A stretch of DNA of 64,000 nucleotides from Camelus dromedarius (taxonomy: Eukaryota). Numbering within the stretch: position 1 is the stretch's first letter; every line of letters starts with the position of its first letter. The stretch covers positions 107,324,001 through 107,388,000 of the forward strand of contig NC_087437.1 in assembly GCF_036321535.1 (NCBI RefSeq), read 5' to 3'. The translations under genes were made by a program, and so were the position numbers. Under the pieces are notes generated by a model. It had not been told where the DNA came from, did not search any database, and saw only the letters and a program-made list of their open reading frames with translations. Positions 25,760 to 39,700 of the stretch are shown here, one piece after another.

Positions 25760-25937
25760 TTCTTTCCTTCCTTCCTTCCTTCCTTCCTTCCTTCCTTCCT
25801 TCCTTCCTTCCTTCCTTCTTTCCTTCCTTCCTTCCTTCCTTCCTTCCTTCCTTCCTTCCTTCCTTCCTTCCTTCCTTCCTTCCTTCTTTCCTTCTTTTCT
25901 TTCCCTTTCTTTCTTTCTTTTCTTTTTTTCCTTTTTC
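25760..25937. repeat. (TTCC)n microsatellite with a (TTTC) tail
   Basis: Directly visible polypyrimidine tetranucleotide array. Confidence 0.97.
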
Positions 25938-26407
25938 TGTGCAGGATACATATATGCATGCATGCAGAGAAAAGTCTTCAGGTTTGCACAGCAGTATCTT
26001 CTTTCTTTTCCCTGCATGCATGTATGTTTATCCTGCTTGGTGTTTGCAGAGATTCTTGGAAATGTGGCTTGATAATTTTCATCAAATTTAGAAAAAAGTG
26101 GCCATAATTTCTTTAAATATTTTCCTGGCTCCCTCCTCTTTCAGGGATTTCCATTACACAGATGTTAAACCACTTAATATTGTTCCAGAAGTCACTAAGT
26201 CATTCGGTTTTTTTTATTAGACTTTTCTCTCTGTATTTCATTTTGGGTAGGTTCTATTACTATTTCCACTTCTTAAATCTCTGCTTTTCTCCTCTTCTTT
26301 CCTCCATCTCGTTATGTTTATGCTCTTCTTTAATTAATTGAGTAATGGAATATAGTTATAAAGGGTGTCTTGACATGCTTGACTTCTAATTATGTCATCT
26401 CTGACAT

Positions 26408-26960
26408 TGTCTTAAGATATAAGTTCTATTATTATTTAGCTATGGCAAGGCCAGCAGATTGGGAGACTACTGCCATTGCAAAGATAGTTTACTATGCTCA
26501 CAGTTTCGAAAAAAGGGGATGTACCATCTCGTGAAAGGCCACACAGGGTCAGTCAGGAGACAGAGAGAGCAAGGAGAAAATGTGGACACCTTTATTGCGG
26601 TTTTTGTAGGAAGGAATAGGAGAGGTGGTGTAAAAAGGTTTGGGATTGGCTAGTTTGAATAATTTAAGTGAGTTTTGGTGCATAAGGTTGTCTCTAATTG
26701 TCTGGTTCCTGGCCCTGGGGTGATTAGGGCAGGGGTAATGGCCCTGAGTGGGAGAGCCTGAAAAAAGGGGTTGATTAGGGTATGGACTCAGGATTTATTA
26801 GTTTACATTTGAAAGGCATGTTTCCAGATGAGTCCTTTACAATCTTTAGGAGTTGGCTGACCCTGGGAGGAGCAATCCCTTCAGGGTCAGCAAGGCATGG
26901 CCCCCTCACCCCCCAACGTCAAAGCATCAAGTATGGAAACTAGAAAACATGGTTGTTACA
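26408..26960 (-). mobile_element. MER74-like ERVL solo LTR with 5-bp TSD
   Basis: TG...CA termini; TSD gacat (26403-26407) and gatat (26961-26965); 'gggattggctagtttgaataattt', 'ggccctggggtgattagggcagggg', 'tcagggtcagcaaggc', 'tcaaagcatcaag'. Confidence 0.8.
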
Positions 26961-27559
26961 GATATTTCTGCATCCAAGTTTATATGGATTGATTTTTCTC
27001 CTAGTCACGATAATATTTCCCTGCTTCTTGGAATATTTAGTACTTTTTTGATTGGATATTGAGAAATTAGATTGTTGAGGGCCTGGAATCTTTTGTGTTT
27101 CTTTAAGAGTGTGACATTTGTTTGGTAAGCAGTTAAGTTACTTGCGATTGGTTTGATCTCTGATATGTGGTTTCCAGTTTTGTTAGAATGGATCTAAACA
27201 GACATCAATCCAAAGCACTTTCAGCCCTCATACCAAGGCAGAGATTTACTTTTCTTTGTGGGGTTGTTTTTTTTTTCCCCACTCTTTATTAATGATCATC
27301 ATGAATGCTTACAATACACTGAGGACTATACTGGAACTGTGCAACAAAACATGAAAAATGTGAGACACTATTTTATCATAAAACTGTTAAGTAGAGTTAT
27401 GTGTGTAAACTAAATGTTTGACTGACAGGGTCATATGAACAGGGAGACACCGTACAAATTTTTGACCTAAAGTACATAAATATGGTACTATTTAAAATAC
27501 AATGGATTCAGAATATTAGAGCCTGGAATAGTATGGTAGGGCTTTACAAAGGTGTGCGT

Positions 27560-28205
27560 GCTTTAGAATTTGAGTGTCTATTACATGCTGCTTGCCTAGT
27601 ATCATTCTAGGTTGTAGAAACACCATGATCAAACACATCCCTGGCTACAAAGAGCTTATCATCTTTCAACATACAAAAGCAAGTACCTAGTGCTACTGGA
27701 AGGAAAACTTCTTTGGTGCTATGACAATAGTAGATATGTAAGCTAGTCAATAAGCATCAGGGAAAGCCTTCCAAGAGGAAGTTGTATAAGCTGAGACCAA
27801 ATGGTTATTAAAATTCAGTCAGGTAAAGATGTAAGAGGGTAGGGAGATGGGGTGGAAGGGATTCATAGCAGAAGAAACAGCATGAGTCAAAACTTAGAAG
27901 CACAAGAAGAAAGAAAATTTGTGGAATGGAAGTATAGTAGTTTGGTACTGCTAGAACATGGTGGTCAGGAGGAATGGAATGTGGTACATAGCAACACTAA
28001 ATATGTAGACAGGGGCCAGGTGATGGAGTATTTGCAATATAATATGAAAGGGTCTGTATCTTGACCTGAGAGCAATGGATGGGTTCACTCAAATGGTTTT
28101 CGGCCATGGGTGTCATAGAGATGGAAAGACACTTGGTTAAATCTATGAACGTGAAGCTTAGGAGAGGGAGCTGAGATGCTGAGACTTGAAGGATAAGGAG
28201 ACGAC
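27560..28205 (-). mobile_element. L2 fragment
   Basis: 'catcagggaaagccttccaagaggaag...agctgagacc', 'gcagaagaaacagcatgag'. Confidence 0.65.
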
Positions 28206-28213
28206 TCCTCATG

Positions 28214-28606
28214 TGTATCACTTGGCCAGGGCTGCCATAACAAAGTACCACATACTGAGTGGATTAAATAACAGAAAGCAACAACAAGCAGTTATGGAGG
28301 CCAGCAGCCTGCGATCAAGGTTTGGTGGGGCTGATTCCTTTTGAGAGCCTCTCTCCTTGGCTTGTAGATGGCTGTCTTCCCCCTGGGTCTTCCCTGGAGC
28401 TTCCCTCTATACATTTCTATGTCTAAATTTCCTCTTCTTATAAGGATATCAGTCATATTGGATTAAAGCCCAACTTAATGACCTCATTTTAAATTAATTA
28501 CTTCTATAAAGATCCTCTATCCAAATAAGGCCACATGCTGGGCTACTAGAAGCTAGGCCTTCAACACACAGAAATGGAGAGGACAAACCATTCACCCCAT
28601 TAGACA
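28214..28606 (-). mobile_element. MLT1A/C-type MaLR solo LTR
   Basis: 'agggctgccataacaaagtaccaca', 'ctctccttggcttgtagatggc', 'tcctcttcttataaggatatcagtcatattggatta'. Confidence 0.85.
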
Positions 28607-29884
28607 ACGTATATAAGAGTTGGAAAGGGAGAGTGACTAAGTTATTCAAACGCAGGTAATGGTTAGAGATAATGGACACATATTAATGTAGTTTCAACAC
28701 CTATGAAGGAAAATAGAATGGATAAAAATAATAAGAAGAAGATAATGCTGACAGTGGCTATAACATAATGGATTAGCTCTGACAAAGTTACGAAGTGGAA
28801 ATTTTTTGCATTGAGACATCTCTCTCTGCTGTGTTAGGCAAGATGATTTTTAGAATTATACTGTCCATTTTGGTTTTGTAAATTCTCATTTAAAAATGAG
28901 TTACAGTTTCATCCCTCCAGGGGTTGGTCACTAGGCTATAGATCACTGATATTATTACTGTCTTATTACCAAGTAAGGATAATGGTCATTTTTATCCACT
29001 TCTTTTAGCTGTTAAGTCAGGGTATGATTAAATAAAATTCCATGAATAACTTGATCACTATGAAATGAAATCTCCTTCACTATGTTTGCATTTAGTTGGT
29101 TACATCAGATGCTGTTTCAAAGTTCTTTTCCCAACAACAATAAAATACTCAACTTTGATATTCCCATAGAGAATATAGAACTAATTCTTTTGACCTGGAG
29201 CTATAACTAATGGCAACGTCGTAGAAAAATCACACCCATGTTAAAATAGATACATTGCTCTTACCTCTAAAGAGACAAATATTGGAAGCATTATTAAAGA
29301 TGAAGTCATGCTTTAATATTTTTCAGCTCAAGAATTAAGTGCTAATTTATTTCTTCCCTGAATTTGTTGAGAACTATTTTTACTGCTTGAGGCACTACTC
29401 AGGAAATCAGGATTCTGGATTTTGACTTAAGAGCCCACCGTTTTGTATTATGTGTTTTTAGGTCTTTGACTTCATTGTGTTTACACAGTGACCAGGTTTC
29501 TGCATAAAACAGGTCAGCCAACAGTTCTGGAGCCTCAACTTTAATCACATAAGGAGGGACAAACTCTATGTACTATCTTTCCTAAATATTCTAACTCAGG
29601 AGTGACATCCACTCCTGATCAATCAACTGCGTCCAGGTGTGGAATCTTGGAGACAGAGACTGCCCATCTTGGGTCAGATAATGATCACTAGGAAGAGCTA
29701 TTATAGACAAGAGCTAGGGAACTAATTGGACATATGAGCACTCATAGGGACCATCTGTTTGGGCTTAAAGAGTTAGGTGAAATAGAAAGGAAAGGGGCAA
29801 TTTTCAAAAAATGAAAGTTCTGAGTAGAAATCACTTAAATAAGTATCCTACAATGTTGTTTCTTTAAATCTTGCTTAAATTATA

Positions 29885-30285
29885 TATTCATTCCTAATTC
29901 ATTTCAGTAGAACCTTTTCAGGTATCCCTGTGCCTGGCACTTCTCTAGGGTTTGCTAGAAGTCAGTAAATAAAACAAAATCCATGATATCACAATGCTTA
30001 CTTTCTGATGTGGGGTGAGGAGATGGGCAGTAAACAAAGTCATGAATAAATATTGTCTGATGGTGTAAGAACCATAGACAAAAGTAAAACAAATAAATGG
30101 GTAAAGGGAAAGTTAAAGGAACAGTTCAGGTGCTGTCTCATATTTGTGATTATCAAGGAAGGCCTCTCTGATAAGGTGATGTTTAAAGACCAGGACGAAG
30201 TGAGGGAGTGACCCATGAGGGCTCTCGGAAGAAAGAACATTCCTGGCACAGGAAATGGGATACTAAAGCCACCTAAAGTGAACAA
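29885..30285 (-). mobile_element. L2 3' fragment
   Basis: 'tgtgcctggcacttctctagg', 'tcaaggaaggcctctctgataaggtgatgttt'. Confidence 0.7.
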
Positions 30286-32430
30286 AAAATTTATTTTGCT
30301 CTACATTTTAACTCCCCTCCCCCATGTTTTATTTTTTATGTCCTATTTTATATCTCTTTAATTTTGTGTACCCCTTAACTAATTATTATAGTTACAGTAG
30401 GTTTTACTACTCTTGTCTTTGGACCTTCATGAGTGGTTTTCAAAGTGGTTGAACCACTACTTCTACTATAGATTTGCCTTTACCAGTGAGGTTTGTTTTT
30501 TTTTTTTCCCTCATTTATAGCTCTGGTCTTTTCTTTTCAACCTAAAGAAGTCCCTTTAAAATTTTTTGTCAGGTTGGTGTAGTGGTGATGAACTCCTTGA
30601 GCTTTTGTTTTTGGAGAAACACTTTCTCTCTCCTTCAGTTCTGGGTAATGACCTTGCAAGGTGGAGCATTCTTGGCTGGAAGCTTTCATTAATTTGTTAT
30701 CGTGCCACTCCCTTCTGGCCTGCAAAGTAGCAGCTGAGAAATCAGCTAATGGTCTTAGGGGGGTTCCTTTGTACATAACTAGTTCTTTTTCTCTTGGTTC
30801 TTTTAAGATTCTCTGTTTATTTTTAAAATTTGACATTTTAACTATACTGTACTTTGGTGTGGATTTCTTTGGGTTTATCTTGTTTGGGACACACTGTGCT
30901 TCCTGAGCCTGGATGTCTGTTTCTTTCCCCAGGTTATGGAAGTTTTCAGCCATCAGTTCTTCAAATATGCTTTCTGTCCCTTTGTCTCTTTCTTTTCCTT
31001 CTGGAGCTCATATAATGCAGATATTCGTATGCTTGGTGTTGTCCCACAGGTCTTTTAAACTACCCTCATTTAAAAAAATCTTTTTTTTTTGTTGATGTAT
31101 TAGGGTGATTTCCATTACCCTGTCTTCTAGGTAACTGATCCATTTTTCTGTGTCATCTAGTCTCCTGTGGATTCCCTCTAATGTGTTTTTCATTCAGTTC
31201 AGTTACTATATTATCTCTGTGAGTTCTGTTTGGAACTTTATTATATATTCTGTTTCTTTGTTTAATTTCTCACTGTGTTCATCCTTTTCCTCTCCTGGGT
31301 TTTGTGAGCATCTTTATGATCATTATTTTGAACTCTTTATCAGATAAATTAATCATCTCCATTTTGTTAAGATTTTGCTTTTCTGTGGTTTTATCTTGTT
31401 TCTTCATTTAGGACATTTTCTTGTTTCCTCATTTTGTTTGACTCTGTGTTTTGTGTATTATGTAAAACAACCATCTCTTCCTGTCTTAGAGGAGTAGCCC
31501 TGTGTAGGAGATGGAATTTATCGTTTAAACTTGCTGTAGCTCTTGGTTGTCTCTCAAACTACCTCTCCACTTATTTCAGCCTCATAAGGTCCAGAAATGC
31601 AATCCTGCCATTGTCCCGATCTTGGCACTCAAGAGCATGTCCCCTATCTAGATTGCCTGTGCCTGTTGGCTCTGGTGGGATTGTGTGAGTGACATGGGTG
31701 GGACAAGACTCCTTGCCTTTTGGTTCTGGTGGGGTCACACAAGTGGCATGAGGACATGGGGCTGTTTGCCCTCTGCATCTGTTAATGTTACATGCAGGTG
31801 GTATGGGCAGGGGTTGGGGGCTGCTCACCTGACATTATTATCAGGTTAGAGTGAGAAGGCAAAAATGACGCCCACCAGCACCAGTGCCAGCAAGGTTGAG
31901 GAAACCCATAAAAATGGCATCTTTCAGTGTTCCTGTCTAGGTTCTTTTCAAACTGCCGCTTTTTGTGCTGGGCCCAGGGACAAATGGCTCTCTGTGTGAG
32001 CCCTTTAAAAGCAGAATCTTCATTCCCTATAGGCTCATATTTCTCCCTAACATAAGACCCATTTTTGTTTTTCAAAGCCAGACATTTTGGGGCTTGTCTC
32101 TCCGGTGAAGGACCCAAGGATTCAGGTGACTGATAGAAGCTCCATTTTATGTATGTATGTACATATTTTTGACATTTCTCCAGATTGTGAGTTGCTACAT
32201 GGTGGGTGGGGATGGTGAGGGGGTCAGAGTTTTGGTAAGAGTGTGTCTCTGTCTCTCCTACACGTCTCTGTGTAGCCTCCGTATCCTTAGATGTGGAGCA
32301 GGTGTTCAGCTAGTTCTCAAGTTGTGGTTTTTGGTTTTTTTTAGAGAAATTTGTTTCATATGTAACTGTGTATTTGTTGTGTCTACGACAGGAGGTGAGT
32401 TCAGAATCTTCCTATGCAGTCATCTTGAAC
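30286..32430 (-). mobile_element. LINE-1 5' portion: 5' UTR, decayed ORF1 and inter-ORF; no ORF2 or 3' tail
   Basis: ORFs 31008-31193 (MKNTLEGIHRRLDDTEKWISYLEDR) and 30537-30953 (MAENFHNLGKETDIQAQEAQ...YKGTPLRPLADFSAATLQARREW) are L1 ORF1p. The minus-strand 5' end reads CAAGATGACTG (32427-32417), resembling the L1 YY1-site start. Confidence 0.9.
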
Positions 32431-34329
32431 TTCTTCATGGTCTTAGTTTTGTTGACTGAAAATGAAAAGATTATTTTCTGAAGAAATTGGAGACTGCAGT
32501 TATAGACAGTTGTAGTCACTACTTAGGTTTTGTGACTCTTGGCTGACTGCCTTACCAGACAATGTAGAAAGGATATTTGAACTTCCTTCAAATTTCCCCC
32601 AAGACTACCGTGGACACAGAGTCTCAGAGTCATGCTGAAAACATATGGTTTAAAAAAGACTGACAATAAAAAGCACCAATCATTAAGGAGATTGTGATTA
32701 AGATATCTTGGGAAATCAGAACTTTGGGAGATGCTGGCATAATGTCTTTGCTATTGTTTTCTAATCTCAAGAGTGAGATGTCAGTGTATCTGACAGGTTC
32801 CTCTAGTAACTAAATGCTCAGAGAACCACGTAAACTGGGGGAGACAGATTTTTCAAAGACCTCCCCCCTTTTATTACATTCATTCCCCCTTTCCTGCCTC
32901 CCTTGTTGGACTTCTGCCAAAGCCCCCTTCTGACACTGTTAAATTGAAATGTCTGTCATCCATCTCTGTTAGTTCTAGAAAACTTTGGTTTTAGACTCAG
33001 AACACAATTAAATATTTACCAAGGCTAAATTAGTGTCTGATTATAATATAATATATTTCTGTTTTCTGTTTTTTGTTTTACCAAATAAGTATTTGTTTTA
33101 CCACACACAATTCTAGTTTACAGATTTGTTCTTTCAGCAAATATAATTTGAAAAAGGATTTTAAATAACTTTTAGTATAAAATGATGTCTTCAAAGTACA
33201 TTTTACTTATTTATCACTGATATTAAAAATCACTTAAGGCCAAATGATTGGAATGTATAAAGAAAATAATGGAACTAGATATTTATACAGCGTTCTAAGT
33301 GATGAAAACTCGTTCTTTAAATTCCCATTTGTTCCTATACCAGATATAATCTTATATGTTATAGGACAAGATTTATCTTGATTACTTTTACACAAAGTGT
33401 TCTACTTAGGATTAAGTTTTGTTTGCTGTGTAAACAGTAGATTTGCGCCATACCTGAAAAACTCCAAGTTTGGGACACCCAAATCTTTTACAGTGGGCTG
33501 CAGGCAAACCTGTCTGACACTTACCTCAGTGGGAGACATTATTTTATTTTACTGGAAAACAATCAAACCTGCTTTTTTTTTCCATTGGGGGAGACTATAT
33601 CTCCCAAAGCTGTTTGCATGCTTAACTCTTGGAGAGAACAATCTAGAACAAAAGCAGCCAGTGCCCACAAGACATGCAGAAATGTAAGAGACCCATGGGG
33701 GTTTGTCTCCCAACATGCTGACACTTTCCTTGCTCAGACTTTCAAAATGCACCTCACACTCTACTTCATGAATTCTTTCTTGACTCCACCAATTAACTAT
33801 CTTTTTCTCCTTTCAACCCTGCTGCATTTTGTGTTTCTCTTTTAAGACACATACTGATTTGCACTTTTTCATTGTGTCTGTATTTATCATCCTGTACTCT
33901 ATGGATTGAACTTCCCTTGATAGTAGGGACTCTGTTTTCGTCATCCTTACATCTTTTATAGAAGGAAAGGCTTCTTTGACCTATTTCTTGTCCTTTTTCT
34001 TTGAAACTATTTTGCTAACAGAATATGGTATGGAACTCTTCCTTATGAAGCAGAAAAGCAACACGCTTATAGTCAACAGACCAGGATACACAAAAACACC
34101 TAAAATGTCTTTTAAATGTATAATTTACTCCAGTCAAATGATATGGCTGAAATAGTCCATAATAAGAGATATTTTTATATAGTTCATCTCTGAAGAAAAT
34201 CTAGATTATTCTGTAATTACATTACATATTATGTTCTTGATATACAATGTTTTTCTCTTACTACCATTGCTGCTGCTACCATCAGCAATACTACATCCAT
34301 CACTTTTTACTGCTATCACCATCAATGTA

Positions 34330-34550
34330 TAAATATTCTATCCAATTCTAGAACCTATGTTAAGCTCTCCATAACATTGACTACTATTTTTCAGAATTTT
34401 AGGATCTATGGATTTTTATCATTCCAATTTTCAGATGAAGAAATCTAGGCTTCTAGAGTAATCTGCCCAAATTCACATAGCAAGTAAGTGTCAGAGTTAA
34501 GACTGAAACTCCATTTATTTCATGCTAAAGTCTGAGTTCTTAACAATTTT
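34330..34550 (-). mobile_element. MIR SINE
   Basis: 'ccaattttcagatgaagaaatctaggct...tgcccaaattcacatagcaagtaagtg'. Confidence 0.7.
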
Positions 34551-36099
34551 ATTATCATAATGGCCTGGAATGAACATATTGAGATTCACAAGTAAGTCTA
34601 CAATCAACCAGGAGATGAAAATTCTCTCACACTGATTATAAGATGTTTCTTAAAAACTATTCAATTTGGTTTTACAAATTGCAGTGCTCTCTTCTATTCT
34701 CAGTTACCGAGGGGGGAACTCTCATGGTATGTGACTATAAGTTATCTTCACTCTTTGGCTACTTCCAGTTGTGTATGTAGACTATTAACTTATATGCTGA
34801 CTATCAAAACAAAGAGGAATTAAAAAAAAAAATCAGTCACTGACTCCTGAAACATGTTCCAACCCTAAAATAAAGAACATGAAATTTTGAGTAGGTTTTC
34901 CCCAATGCCAATCAATGTAGTGATAATTCTAAGATTCTGATAATTGAAGTCAGACTGTAGGATTCAAGATAAATTCACAACGGTGTCTGGATTGTCACCT
35001 ATTGCTCATGAGGAAGGATGATGGAGAAGGTAATTAAAGACTGGCTTTTGGTGAGTGCTATCAGGCACCTTCACTAGTTCTGACTTATATGGTCATCTTT
35101 ATGGTACCCTGAACCAAATCTTCTAGCTTCATTACCATTCACTGAACCATCATAAATGGAGATAACATTTTTTTAATGGAGGAAATTGTGTTCCCTCTCA
35201 TGTCAAGACATTCTAGTTAAATCTGGGTGACTTGAAAACTATGAGACAGTTTTTCACTGGATTTGGCTTTGGTTGCTTTTTTCCTTAATCAGACTCTCAC
35301 GTTGCCAAGTTTTGAAGTTTGCATGTTCAGGTTATTGAGAGTGTTGTTTTTCTGAGTGCAAATAGAGTTCAGGTTTCTTAAAATAGGGAAAATTATTGCT
35401 CCCTTCCCCCTTCCACTTGAAAAAAAAATGCAATGGTTCCACATTATTTGATTTAGGTCAAAACTAAAAATAAAATTCCTCCAAGTTGTGACTAAACAAG
35501 GAAAATTTCTTCTCAAAGCACTTTAAAAAAAGTCATAATTGAGTGTAAAGGAGGTCGATGAAGAATGGTTTTCACTTGTAAAATTTAACCCTGACCAAGT
35601 ATCTTCTGGAAAATAACTGTAAGCCCAAACTGCTAGTGCTTTCTAAATCTGTGTGTGAGCCTCCGTTAAAACCCAGTTGTGTTGTTGATTTTCGAACTTA
35701 ACTCAACACATCAGATTTTTAATTTTCCAGTCTTCAAAATAGATTGTTGCTTACTTTGCATATATTCTTGAGAAGGTAAATTGTGAGCAATTTTAGAATG
35801 AGACAGTATTTGAGACTGCTTTCTCATAAATATTGTTAGATTTTAATAAAACTACACCTACGAAAATATCGTGAGTAGAATCAAGTATTTTAGTTCCTTC
35901 TCAATTTTCCTTTCTCGTGTTTCTTCTTTCCTGAGGTCCCAGCTTCTGCCTACTCCCCCATTCCTGCTCCAGGACCTTCGTATGGAGGGTCCTCATCTAG
36001 TCTCCTTCTTTCCAGTTTTTCTTTCCATGATTTCCCATCCCCCATCTTCTTTCACTGACTCCTTTTCCAAGGAACCACTCAGATATCCTTTTTTTCTAT

Positions 36100-36650
36100 A
36101 TTTCACTGAACACTTGTCACTATATAGTCATTGTCTACTCTGGGCCAGACACTTATAGGCATTAAAGATATGGAGATATACAAGACCGTAGGTCCTGGTC
36201 TTAAAGGTGTTATATTCGAGAGAGGATAAGTAGTTAATCTAAATAAATAACCAAATAAAAATGAGACAGAACTGCTGATTGCAATAATTGTCAAGAAGAA
36301 TGTAGCCATGAAGATCATAATCATGGAGAGTGATTATGGTTGGTACAGACAGTGGATATTAGTGGAATATTAATATTAGCATATTTTATAGGAAAATCAT
36401 AGAAGGCCTCTCTGAGATGTTTTTCTGCTTAGGCTTGAAGGTCAAATAAAAGCCAGTTGGGTAAAGAGTCAGGGGAGAACACAGCTCCACCTGTTCCAGA
36501 ACAGTGTGTCCAGGAAACAATCCACAAATGGTAGAATAATGTGAAATGGGATGGAAAGGTAGGGAGGAGCATACTTTTAAAAATGACCCTAAACCATCAT
36601 AAGATGTTTGGATCTTGTTCTAAGAGTAAGGAGACGCTCTTGTGAAATCT
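36100..36650 (-). mobile_element. L2 3' fragment
   Basis: 'tctactctgggccagacact', 'agaaggcctctctgag'. Confidence 0.55.
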
Positions 36651-37406
36651 GTAGTTTGCTCAATTCTGGAGTAATGTTTAACCCTGACACAGTATGAAGT
36701 CAGGAGCTTGTGTTTGTTGAAAATGCAATGCCTTGATCAAGTTAGTGGTTCTACAAGGAAAGAAATTCCAGGCAAAATGCAAAGCTACATTTCACATTAT
36801 GGTGAAAGGAAGACTTTGGAATGTGTTCCTCTAAATCCCTACACAAGTAAGTGGGCATCTATTCTACCTAAATCTGAGGTGGTCTGTTGACTGTTTTCTT
36901 CCCAGGAGCTATATTCTGGGAATAATTTAGGAAATCTGGAAGATGCATTGACTCCATCAGTGATGTTTGCAGCATCCACATGACCTGAACAAGTTTGTAT
37001 AAGGTTCCAAATTTTTTAATTTATTCACTTGGAAAATTTGGTTATCAAATACCATTATCAGTATAATGCATGATAGGTTACTGTCAATCATGTCACAGAA
37101 ATAATTCAGAATAAGAATGTTCTGTCATTACAAAATTTTCAACTTAAGACAGTCCACATATAAATATACTAAGAGCAAAGTCTTGTTGGAAGTAAATGCT
37201 AAGATCAATTATCTTATGTGTTTAATGTTCGCTATTATTTTTGGAATCCTTTTGAAGCTTCAACCAACTGCATCACATGTCCCATAGTATAAAATTGATC
37301 TGTTTCATTTTCTCTTCCTACAATTTTCCCCTAGATTTTGCCTATTCACTTCCAGGTAATAGAGGCAAATGACAACCACAGGAGGTAAAAGAGACACCAT
37401 TGGATC

Positions 37407-37553
37407 CAGGATCCACAGGTGCACAATCTGTGCTGTCACACAAGGCTCCCTGCTCAATAATCTCTGTTCTGCAGTCATCATCTTGAAATTCTTAATGATT
37501 TTTTTCTTGAACTTGTGTTTTATAAGTGAAATTTGGACAATAGAGCACACATG
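37407..37553 (+). mobile_element. hAT-Tip100 end fragment (Zaphod/MER115/MER91-related)
   Basis: Homologous to 9436-9550 ('ctgcagtcatcatcttgaaattcttaat'), then continues 'gaacttgtgttttataagtgaa'. Confidence 0.55.
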
Positions 37554-38109
37554 TTTTTCTTCATTTTAAAATTTTTCCACTAACCTCTTTAAATTATATA
37601 GCCCATCCTGATTGGACCAACTGCACACATGGCTATGGTCATAGATCTCTGGGAGCCAAAGTTTCCTCTCTTTCTTTATCATCATCAGACTAGGCAACCA
37701 GTTGAAATATCAGTTGGGTGTCAACAACTTCAAAACTTTTGAGATGTGGGATAAGCTTCTAAGGTGGGTGTCAGGATGGTAAGCTACAAGAAAAATATTT
37801 GCTTTCTTATAAATTGTGGCAAATCCGTCTTAATACTGTAAACCTTTTCTAAAATTGAGTTGCTAAATACCTTGGTCTTTAAAACCAAAGTTGCACACTA
37901 AGGGTCAGTGGGTCAAATTCAGCCTACAGTTATGTTTGACGAGCAAACATAATTTATTTGAACAGCATAGAGATGGACAAAATGTGAATATGAATGCTTT
38001 TAACTGGGGCCTGAAGTTCCAGGAAGCCAATGGCTAAATCATTTAATTGTTTTTTGCAAGCCAGTTACACAAATTGGTTTATCCTTTCTGGTGTTTGAAA
38101 GCATTAATC

Positions 38110-38287
38110 GTGGTTCCCCAAATTTAGCACATATCTAAACCACCTGTAGGGCTTGTTAAAGCAGATTGCTAACTTCACCCCCAGAGTTTCTGAAACAGTA
38201 GGCCTGGGGTAGGATCTGGTAATTTCTAACAAATTGCCAGGTGATGCTGGTATCTCTAGCCCAGGAGGCACACTTGGAGAACTACTG
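38110..38287. mobile_element. MER5A hAT MITE
   Basis: 'gggcttgttaaagcagattgct...cccagagtttctga...tttctaacaaattgccaggtgatgctg...cacacttggagaactactg'. Confidence 0.8.
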
Positions 38288-39549
38288 TTCTAAAATAGTA
38301 ACTGTCATCTCTGCTACTTGCTCTTAACTATAAAAAACTTCACTTACTCAATTATTAATAAGATTATGTAAATAAAGCATATATACTCTAATTATTCAAA
38401 TTAGTTGAATAGAAAGTGTAGCTGAGACAGGTAGCATTAACTGAAGCAATTAGCAAGTCTGCCATTTTTTTCTTTCCTCAAGGGAAAACTATCCCGCTAT
38501 TCAAAAGTCATATCACAATCCCATTTCTGTGTTCCCCATTTTTTAACAAAAATGCTTTGCTTTTTCCCAAGATAGTCAACAGCTTTAAAATAATCCAATT
38601 TAAAATCTTATTAAGTTGTATCACCCTCTGTAAATATCAAAAGCAATGAGATAATGGAACAAGATTGTTTGGACGGCTGGTGATCGATTCACATTGGACA
38701 GGCTCTTATCCGACTGTCAAGGAGTTGTAAGTGCCCTGAGCCCACGATGCCAAGATTTCCTAGATATCCCTCAGGTAGATGCAGCTCTAAGCTGGAAAGT
38801 CATGAGGCTCTAAATGTCCTAATAGAATATGGAGTTCAGCCTGGGGTCATTTTCCTCCTTGGTCTCCTCGTTGAGATTTAGAGGGTCAAGTCACTCAAAC
38901 AAGGTTGCTCGTGATCATAATCAGTCATCAGCTTCACGCCCACACCTTTTAGAGGATATGTGATATGGCAATATGGTGACTAAACTGGCTTTTCTAAAGC
39001 TAATACATTCTAAAATCCCCATTTATGTCTGCTTTCCATTTGTTTAATAACTTTGCCTGGGTAATGGAATGGGAGATGACTGAAAAAAATAGCATCTTAA
39101 TTTTACCTTTTTGTTTTCATTTCTTTTCTTTATGTGTGTGGGGGAGACTAGAAGGGAATTATTAATATGCTTTTATTTGAAGCACCAGTGGAATTTTCTC
39201 TAAGACTTGTCTTTAATGGGTTCATCAATTTTACTTATTCTTTTAGCCATCATCAGGTATGACTACAGTTCATTTGGTTTTTGTATTCAGATCATCCATT
39301 TTCCATAATAAAGGAAGACTGTGAGAATGTGAATAAATTATGTCCACAGTCCTATAATTATGTGCATGCCTCTCTAATCCTCTAGACTGCAAATCACTCC
39401 AGCTGGGAACTATGTCTCATTTATCTTTGTCCCACACAACAATAAACATAAAATTACTATATAATGGTAGATACGCAATAAAGATAGATTGAATTGAAAT
39501 GATTTCCCCATTTCCCCCACCCCAACCCCCACCACACACACGCCCACAA

Positions 39550-39700
39550 CTTTTGCTTTAGTTTCTCATTTATTAAGGAGGGGTAACGGTTTCTAGCTCA
39601 CAGGTTTCTCCAAAGGACTGACTGAAATAATGTATGTAAAGCACTTAGCCCCAAGCCAGGTAATAAATGAGCATTCGATCTATTATGGCTTGAAATTACT
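39550..39700 (+). mobile_element. MIR SINE fragment
   Basis: 'tagtttctcatttattaa...gaaataatgtatgtaaagcacttagc'. Confidence 0.65.

Larger units (their letters stand above)
25545..27240 (-). mobile_element. Ancient L1 (L1M/L1ME ORF1 region) interrupted by a microsatellite and an LTR
   Basis: T-rich antisense ORF1-type motifs ('tatagaattctaagttgacag', 'ggccataatttctttaaatatttt', 'ttttgggtaggttctatt'). Confidence 0.65.

Noticed and set aside
25698..26107. Five overlapping ORFs (KEGR/FLPS repeats)
   Set aside because: Translations of the (TTCC)n microsatellite, which has no stop codons.
36708..36890. 60-aa ORF with an internal GTAAGT near 36846
   Set aside because: No good upstream acceptor and no recognisable protein similarity.
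38650..38735. CpG-containing open stretch ending in GTAAGT
   Set aside because: There is an in-frame stop just upstream and no polypyrimidine acceptor; the peptide is not recognisable.
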